The translations under genes and the position numbers were made by a program. Under the pieces are notes generated by a model, which made no database searches, was not told the origin of the DNA, and was given only the letters and a program-made list of their open reading frames with translations. A stretch of 63,346 nucleotides of DNA, the filler included, from Reticulomyxa filosa (lineage: Eukaryota; Protista; Foraminifera), in assembly GCA_000512085.1 (NCBI GenBank). It is 15 parts of 15 records of this genome, joined end to end, with 100 filler letters (N's around TTAATTAATTAA, not from the genome) between each part and the next. Parts side by side here need not be neighbours in the genome. Positions count along the whole stretch, not along the records: positions 51,722 to 57,696 come from ASPP01021001.1; positions 57,797 to 60,113 come from ASPP01011339.1; positions 60,214 to 61,422 come from ASPP01027431.1; positions 61,523 to 63,346 come from ASPP01008290.1; 11 more parts are not named here. One strand, given 5' to 3'. Positions 55,701-63,346 of this stretch are shown in pieces. Numbering within the stretch: position 1 is the stretch's first letter; each line of letters opens with the position of its first letter.

Positions 55701-57696
55701 CTTCATTAACTGTATTTAAATTATACAATGATCTGAATCGAAAATCTACTTCACTTCTATCTTTTCTATCATTTTCTAAATGGCTTCTTATTACTTCTAG
55801 TCTGGCCAATAGCAAACTTTTATCACCACCAAAATGTTTTACATCTTCAACAAGCTTCTTCATAAACTCATTGACTTCTGTTTTATAAGAATAGCCAGAC
55901 ATGTTCTCAATAGACATTGCGTTACGAAACAACTCATTTGCTTTCACCATTTCTTTTCTTTTTATTTCCTCTTTTTCACCCATATTCACATTTTCATTTT
56001 CAAATTCATTTCTTGCTTTTATCATTGTGTCAAGCATTTCTTTCATTTTTTCTTCACTTATCACTTCCCTTCTTTCTACTTTCTTTTCCTCCTCCTTTTC
56101 CTTTTCCTCTTTCTTTTGTTCCTGTTCCTGTTTCTTCCCTGAGGAATCCGAAGTCTGCTCTGCCGGTTTGCTTTGACTTCCGCTCGAGCCTGGCCCGGGT
56201 TTGGGCCCTTGTCCTGATCCCCCTGAAGGCGGAGGAGGAGGAGGAGGAGGAGGAGTCGTGCTCGGACTCGGGGTTGGGGGCTTCCTTTTTTTTGGACCTT
56301 TTTTTTTGCTTTTATTTTTATTTTTGCGCTCTTCATTTTCGGCTTCTTCTGCCATATCTGCTGTATATACAGCCTTAAAATCATCGAGATCAAGACCATA
56401 ACTTTTAAGCAGCAATTGTAATTGTTCATCCAACTTACCCATATCTAATTGAGAGATACCAAGATAATGGTTGTAAAAATTTCGAAAAATCTTAGGAGAG
56501 AAATTTGGTTCATCCTTAAAAATATTAAGCAAAACGGCAAACGTATCAATATCAAAAAACTCAGCTTTCAATTCCCCAGGACCACCAACCAACCTAATCA
56601 AATACAAAAGTTTGTTTTTCAATTTCGAATGTCTTCTATCAACTGTTTTAGCATCTTTATCACCTTGATCAAGTGGAATATCTAAAAACCCTCTTAACAA
56701 AGAATCAATGGCTTCTTGATACATCTCTTGTGTTCTCATTCCACCGTCACTGTCGGGATCAATTGCAATGACTTCATCAATTGCTTTAGATGTCATTCTT
56801 TCTGTTGTATCATCAGAAGCTAGACCAGAAATATATGCACCTCTAATCGCAGTGCGCATTTTAGCAGCATCTCCAGGTGCTATTAATGTGTTTTCAGCGA
56901 GTCTATCAAATGCTTTCTTGACATTCAAAAGAGCACCCTTTTTCAAAAATTCATCTCCAAAAGGTAAATGTCTTGTTATATTATCAGCATTAGACCTGGC
57001 CAGATAATCTGCAAAAGCCTTATTACTTTCAGCAGTATCAAGTTTGTTCAAACCATGCCATCCAAAAAAGTTACCTACAATGTCCTGATCTTCTGATTTT
57101 ACTTCCACTGTTTCATTAATTTTACCTCTCAATTTATTCATATATTCTCTACTCAACATTGAAACACCATTACTATCGAATTCACCATTCCCATCATCAG
57201 ATTCCGATTGCGGTATATCAATATCCATCGGCTCATTTCCAAAAAATCACCCAATTCATCCATATCAATTTCTTGTTCACTTGTTAAATCAATGTTTGCT
57301 TTGTCTCCACCTCTTTTCAAAGGCATAACAGGATTTCCTTTTCCTTCATCACCAACACGTAATCCTGGAAGAGAATCAGCACCTCTTGGGATCTGAAAAT
57401 TTTTAACATTTTCTACAGCAGCAGCAAGAGCAGGTTGTGAATTTATATCATTTTTTCTAAGTTGTGGTATTCGACCAACATCTCCAGGTGGTAATGCAGG
57501 TTGTGAATTAATTTGTTGTGGAAATAAAACCGGTTTCATAATCTCAGCTGAACGTAATCCTGGAAGAGAATCAGCACCTCTTTGTATAGGTTTAAACCTT
57601 CTACTAGCATCACCAGGAGGAAGCCCTGGTTGAGAATCTAAAGGTTTTTTCGGTAATGGAATTATCCGAGCCTGATCCCCAGCTTTATATTGTGGT
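52760..57696 (-). CDS. Single giant intronless helical E/K-rich protein (over 1600 aa, 5' partial) split by single-base frameshifts; possibly viral or mobile-element derived
   Basis: ORFs 57153-57539, 54916-57228, 54223-54738, 53975-54160, 53554-54081 and 52760-53548 overlap or abut. The gaps I checked translate cleanly in an alternative frame (FENVGSFISSLEARYSERE…, AQNELRYLREYGK…). No intron-like poly-T tracts. Confidence 0.6.
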
Positions 57697-57796
57697 NNNN
57701 NNNNNNNNNNNNNNNNNNNNNNNNNNNNNNNNNNNNNNNNTTAATTAATTAANNNNNNNNNNNNNNNNNNNNNNNNNNNNNNNNNNNNNNNNNNNN

Positions 57797-59380
57797 ATAA
57801 AACAAATCAAATATTATTTAAAAAACAAAAAAACAAAAAAAAAAACATACTTATTTTTTTTTAATGGATACGGGTTGGTGCACCCGTTGGAAAAGGAGCG
57901 GTGGGCGTTGGTGCCTTGGTGGCCTATAATAAACATCAAACATCATTTAAAAAATAAAAAAACATCAAAAAAACTTAACATTTTTTTCATTTTTTGTTCA
58001 CAGGTTTGTGTACCCGTTGGATGCGAGGCGAGGTCGTTGGGGACTTGGTGGCCTATAAAACAAATTAAATATTATTTAAAAAAGAAAAAAACAAAAAAGA
58101 AAAACTTAACATATATTTTTTGTTTGTACACGGGTTGGGAACCCGTTAGAGCTTCGGTGGTGGTGCCTTGGCGGCCTATAAAATACAACAAGTGTCATTA
58201 AAAAAATAAAAAAACAAATTAAAAAAAAACATAACTTTGTTTTTTTTTAATATACACGGGTTGGGAACCCGTTGGAGCGCGTGCGGTGGGCTGTGGGGCC
58301 TAGGTGGCCTATAAAATACACAAAACACAATTAAAAAAAAGAAAAAAACAACAAAAAAAACATAACATTATTTTTATTTTTTGTTCACGGGTTGGGGCAC
58401 CCGTTGGAGCAGCGGCGGGAGTTGGTGGGCCTTGTTGGCCTATACAACAAATCAAACATCATTAAAAAAATAATAAAAACATAAAACAAAAACATAACTT
58501 TTTTTTTTTTAATGGACACGGGCTGCCTTGGTGGCCTATAAAACAAATCAAATATTATTTAAAAAACAAAAAAACAAAAAACAAATACTTAACATTTTTT
58601 TATATTTTTGTTCAAGGGTTAGGTACCCGTTTGGAGAAGTGGCTGGAGTTTGAGTGCTCTTTGTAGTCTATAAAACATGACAACAATTAATTAGTGATGC
58701 AAATAATATGAAACAAAACATACTTTTTTTTTTATTATTGGACATGGGTTGGGACCCGTTGGATATTGATGGACGGGCATTGGGACCTTGTAACCTATAG
58801 AACAAATTAAACATCATTAAGAAAAATAAAAAACATTAGAAGGAATTTAACTTTTTTTTTTTTTGGTCACGGGCTTTGGTTCCCGTTGTAGCGCGGCGGT
58901 TTGCCTTGGTGGCATGTACAACACATCAAAAATTATGAAATGAAAAAAAACATAAAATAGAAACATACTTTTTTTTTCCTATGGCGTACACGGGTTGGTT
59001 ACCCGTTGGAAGAGTTGCGTTGGTCGTTGGTGGCCTATAAAACATAACAAACATCGTTTAAAAGTAAAAAAAACATAAAACGTAAACATAACTTTTTTTT
59101 TTTAATGGACACTGGCTGGTGTAACCGTTGGAGAAGGAGCGTTGTGATTTTGGCCTTGGTGACCTATAATAAGCATCAAACGTGATTGGAAAAAAATAAA
59201 AAAGCATAAATAAAAAACTTAACATTTTTTTTATTTTTGTTCATGGGTTGAGTACCCGTTGGAGCAGCGGTCGTGTTAGTGTGTTGTAGTTGGGCCTTGA
59301 TGACCTATGAAATGTTACAAACGTCATTAAGAAAGGAAATGACAGAAATAATGATTAACTTTTTTTTTGACGACCATATG
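57797..59380. repeat. Tandem array of about 12 imperfect ~125-bp units: (c)acgggt-loop-acccgttgga, variable GC-rich segment, gccttggtggcc-tataaaa, A-rich, T-run
   Basis: Units start near 57870, 58000, 58130, 58257, 58387, 58518 (internally deleted), 58615, 58745, 58869, 58990, 59111 and 59243. Confidence 0.92.
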
Positions 59381-59699
59381 CCGGTTACTGCTCGCTGGAA
59401 CGTGTTTTGATCATCGGTGTTCATTAAAGTAATGACCCCGATGTAACCAATACATTGCGTTGATTGTCCAGTACCCCTGTTTCGTGTCCACTTTGGTCGA
59501 TTTTTCTGGCTCCTGTAAATACACACATTATTTTATGTGGGTCATTAAATAAATAAATACCTTGTTTTTGGAGGTGGGCTGTGAACCCGTTTGTTTTATT
59601 GGTGGCAGGCAGTATTGTGCGCGTGGGATGTTGTGATCGATATGGTCGAACGTCATATGATGTGAGTGTAGATGGTGTACATTGCGGTGGTGATAGTTG

Positions 59700-60113
59700 T
59701 GATTTGGCATAGGGGTGTTATTATTGTGATTGTCGATGTCATTGTTGTTGTTGGAATTGGTTTGGCGTTGTTGCGATGTGTGGTTGTTGTGGGGTGGTGG
59801 AGCTATTGGTATATGTGTGGCGTGGCTAGAGCAGGTGTGGTGGGAATGTAGTAGGGGTTGTTGTTGTTTGGTTGTGGTAGGGGTGTAGTGGTGATTGGGG
59901 TGAGTTATGATAGAACGGTTGTGGGATGTTATCGTGGTTGATGTTGGGGCGGTGATTGTGGTTGTGGTGTTGATGTGGTAGGAGTGAGGTGGCTGGTGTA
60001 GTGGTGCGTCTATAGTGTGTGAAGTTGTGGTGTATATGAGGTAGGGATGGTGCAGTTGGTATAGGGGTGGTTGGGATGGTGGTATCGTTGCTGGTGTGTG
60101 TAGGGCGTGGCAT
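59700..60113 (-). other. Strongly strand-asymmetric G/T-rich low-complexity region; the minus strand encodes H/T/P/N-rich peptides
   Basis: Plus strand is dominated by G and T. Minus-strand ORFs MPRPTHTSNDTTIPTTP… and MPNHNYHHRNVHH… lead directly into the repeat array. Confidence 0.5.
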
Positions 60114-60399
60114 NNNNNNNNNNNNNNNNNNNNNNNNNNNNNNNNNNNNNNNNNNNNTTAATTAATTAANNNNNNNNNNNNNNNNNNNNNNNNNNNNNNN
60201 NNNNNNNNNNNNNAAAAAAAAAAAAAAGCAATTTATTACCATTGCAAAAAACATTTATAATTTCTGAGTATAATTTTTAATTGCAATTTTGTTTTGTTTA
60301 TTCAAATGAACAAGAATATGTACACATATAATATCTTTAATACAAATATACGTACATGTATATGTATGTATATGTGAAAGGAAATTAGCATTGATGGCC

Positions 60400-60745
60400 C
60401 AATGGAGGTGATGGGAATGTGAATGGCAAAGAGTATGTCACCACGGAGTTTGCCTAAGGGACATGGATCGGGCTCGTGTTGGATGACCTTTTGGCCAATA
60501 CCACGGACGGTACAGTCAAATGGCCGGGCAACGACTCGAGTGAGCGGAGCCTCTCATTGGAGCGAAAGTTGGACACGTGGAATCCCAATGCCAACGACTG
60601 CACTGTGAATAACAAGATTTACTTTGTCACCAAGCAAAGATCGCGAGTTCTTTGTTCGAGAGATAAAATTCGGTGTTTACGTTTCAAAATTGATGTCATT
60701 CATTTCATTGGAATCATCGAGGAAACTGGTACTAATGAAATTTTA
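60400..60745 (+). pseudogene. CAP-Gly domain gene remnant
   Basis: EYVTTEFA*GTWIGLVLDDLLANTTDGTVK and LDTWNPNANDCTVNNKIYF are two degenerate CAP-Gly (GxWxGVELD…GKNDGSV..VRYF) motifs with an in-frame stop. Confidence 0.65.
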
Positions 60746-61522
60746 TTGGCATTGAGTTTTGTGTTATTTCTTGTTTGTAATAACAAATAAATATATACAT
60801 ATACATATATATATTGTTTGTTATTTGTAATTAATTTGTTTTTGTTGTTGTTGTGATCAAGATTCGATTCGTAAGATGTAATAAATGCAAAAGATGGAAA
60901 CAGTGTTGTTTGATGTATTTCGAGTGCAACCATGTTACTTAACAAACAAAGAAATGAACAATTACATGCAAAAACAAGCGCCTTCAGAGGACGTGATGCC
61001 ACTAATCTACAATACAAGTATTTGATTACGTTTCTCTGGAAGGGACGATTTGTCATTAATAGAGTTATCCGGACTATCCGTTGAAACATGTATCGATAGA
61101 ATGAATCCAAACACTGCCACATAAGAAACACTCATCTCATGATGACTGATCAGTTATAACTGGCATTGCAAACTATTTGCAATATCTCTCATAACATGCG
61201 TATGAAGATATTTATAGCAACAAAGTTAAATATTTTATCAAAAATACAGCATTGTTTTATTTTCATTTATTTATTTATTTTTTTGTCATTACAACGTATA
61301 CACTTTTATTTTGCTTAGGAATGATCAAGATGTGAAAGAGACCAGTACAATATACAAAGACAAAGAATGTTCATTATTATTTTGCGTTGTCAAATTGGAT
61401 AATCGCTATTTGAACACACACANNNNNNNNNNNNNNNNNNNNNNNNNNNNNNNNNNNNNNNNNNNNTTAATTAATTAANNNNNNNNNNNNNNNNNNNNNN
61501 NNNNNNNNNNNNNNNNNNNNNN

Positions 61523-61558
<36 letters not shown>

Positions 61559-61586
61559 ACGTATATTCGATGTGTATAAAACTTAG

Positions 61587-62334
61587 ATCAACACTTGAAC
61601 CTGTAAAGAATAAGTTAATCACAATTGGATGTTTGTACTGGCTTTTTTCGCTTATGTTTGATGCATCAGTTCGTTATCATCAAGCACAAAGGTCGGGAGT
61701 AGGGCTACGTATGCTTTTAATCCTTCCCCTCACTGTTTTAAAGTTTGTGGTTTGGCGGATAATTTTTTCCTCGCTTAAGGAAACCATTGATTTGCTCAAG
61801 GAGAACAAACAGTCGGTAAAGTTGCAACTCTATAAACGACTCGCTTTGATTTTGTACGTTGCTGTGATCATCAGTCTTGTGTTTTTTATCTTTGGGTTGA
61901 TTTTTATGATAACGCGGCAATATTATACAAAGTGGAGTTACCTGTGGTTCTTAGAGTCTGGGTTTTGGCAAATTTTATTTACAGCTATTCTTATTGCTAT
62001 TATGATTCTCTGGAGACCTTCCCAGCATATCAAAACTTATGCACATCTATCGCAACTTAGACAAGATGATGATGATGATGATGATGATGTTCAGTTTGGC
62101 AAACCTGATACTTTAGATGACGATGAAAGTGATTCCATTGGAGCACCTTTGTATGTGTTTATTTCCTTTTCTTTTTTTTTTTTTTAATAAATGTGACAAT
62201 GGGTGGGGTATTGTAGACCTAGATTTACAATTGACGATGATGACGAGGATGCATCTGATGATGCGGCTAAAAAACCCACCAAAAACCCTAGTTCAGCTGT
62301 TGGCACTAAGGAAAGTTCTGAAAAAATAGACTAA
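61587..62334 (+). CDS. GOST-family seven-TM protein (TMEM87/GPR107/PTM1-like), C-terminal part
   Basis: IFSSLKETIDLLKENKQSVKLQLYKRL…KWSYLWFLESGFWQILFTAILIAIMILWRPSQHIKTYA carries the WRPS..N..YA-type signature of the lung-7TM family, followed by an acidic tail. Intron at about 62151-62216. Confidence 0.85.
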
Positions 62335-62750
62335 TGTAATGCAAACTCATCAACAAATCATTTTTTTTGATACAGTGAAATCAATAAGCAAATTATCAAA
62401 TGAGAATCTCTAAATTGTCTAAAGTTCTTTAATATGCTACGAAATTTGTACATTGTATCTGCTGGCTACAAAGGGCAATGAAATAGCAAATTACAAATTT
62501 GTTTTTTTTTTTGCATGCATTTGACAGATGAAATCGCTTTTTTCCTTCTTGAAACGTTTTTATCATTTTAAAAACATATATTCCTATGGACTATCGGCTT
62601 TAGTTTTTAATTTATTTTCGGAATTCTTTCAACAGAACCACATACTCAATAAAAAGAATAAACAAGTTACATTTTGCATGAAAATCTCTTATAGTTTTTT
62701 GGCTAAACGAAAAACTCGTTCCTTGGGAAAAAGAAAGCTCTAACAAAGTG

Positions 62751-63346
62751 ATGGAAGTTGACACAACACGTTTTGCCAATGATGCCGAAGCATCAAATAG
62801 CAACATTTCACTAGCAATAGGGATCGAGGAGCATTTACAACGACTGAGTTAAGTATTATTTCGCCAAATTTTTGTTCTTGTTCCCTTAAAATAAATTTCC
62901 TCGGAATTTGATGGAAGGGGATAAAAAGCGCGTAATTAATATTACGGTTACGCTTGGATAAAAAAGAGAATAATTTTTTGAGACGTTTTTTTTGCTTTGT
63001 GGTATAGGTGTATTAACAAAAATTCAAGGCCGCTTGCAGTTGTTGGTAAATGAAAACCATAAACCAAGGTTAGTGAGCCCAGTGATTAGCAGCGAAAAGG
63101 AATCAGTGGAGAAATTGGTGAATGAAAAAGAGGCAATGGAGGTCGTGTCTCAAGACAGCTCATTGCAAGAGAACGTACCGCAAGAAAAAGCATTGCAAGA
63201 GACGCCTCAAATGAGCACGCTCCAAGCAAATGCACCGCAAGAAAATGTACCTCAAGCAGTCGCGTCTCAAACAGATGCACCTCAAGTAGATGTACCTCAA
63301 GTAGATGTACCTCAAGTAGATGTACCTCAAGTAGATGCACCTCAAG
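62751..63346 (+). CDS. 5' part of a hypothetical multi-exon protein with xxxPQ pentapeptide repeats (runs off the window)
   Basis: MEVDTTRFANDAEASNSNISL… then an exon from about 63008, GVLTKIQGRLQLLVNENHKPR…ENVPQ…TDAPQVDVPQVDVPQVDVPQVDAPQ, open to the window end. Confidence 0.5.
63270..63346 (+). repeat. 15-bp minisatellite (gtagatgtacctcaa)n encoding VDVPQ
   Basis: About 5 near-perfect copies, with degenerate copies upstream to about 63160. Confidence 0.92.

Noticed and set aside
52760-57240. Programmed ribosomal frameshifting or an alternative genetic code explaining the broken ORFs
   Set aside because: The breaks are frame changes at assorted homopolymers rather than in-frame stops of one type, similar indels occur in host genes, and conserved genes here use standard stops.
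57797-59380. True CRISPR array
   Set aside because: The repeats are degenerate and bipartite with long A/T tracts, the variable cores are short and partly related to each other, no cas genes are present, and the context is eukaryotic. Kept only as a repeat-spacer-like finding.
3632-61522. Recurrent TTAATTAATTAA motif within N runs as a biological repeat, and ORFs ending in X…LIN
   Set aside because: It is an identical artificial six-frame-stop linker used to concatenate contigs; gene neighbourhoods across linkers are not real.

Overview
This window is not one locus. It is 15 unrelated draft-assembly contigs joined by 14 identical 100-bp artificial linkers (N44-TTAATTAATTAA-N44, stops in all six frames), so adjacency across a linker means nothing biologically. 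The DNA is AT-rich and eukaryotic, with many short GT-AG introns carrying poly-T/A and (TA)n tracts, frequent homopolymer frameshifts, several pseudogenes and an expanded WD40/kelch/HEAT family. An M-A-MQIF ubiquitin start and the style of the WD40/kelch family suggest a rhizarian, probably a foraminiferan such as Reticulomyxa (inference). Recognisable genes: ubiquitin-eL40 fusion, VPS13-like fragment, CD225/dispanin, a 7TM-like protein, a divergent UPF2-like MIF4G protein, WD40 proteins including a pentapeptide plus 16xWD40 NLR-like C-terminus, COMMD3, a roughly 15-kb Pmp-like beta-helix/PA/PT-repeat/multi-TM receptor gene, a C2H2 zinc-finger factor, a CAP-Gly pseudogene and a TMEM87/GOST protein. 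Most notable: (1) an intron-containing gene fusing a RelA/SpoT-type alarmone-synthetase domain to ankyrin-like repeats; (2) a roughly 125-bp tandem array of conserved hairpin / variable segment / conserved motif units that also read as repeated mini-exon plus intron cassettes on the minus strand; (3) an intronless, gene-dense contig that looks foreign, possibly viral. All family assignments come from motif recognition by eye; no database searches were run.
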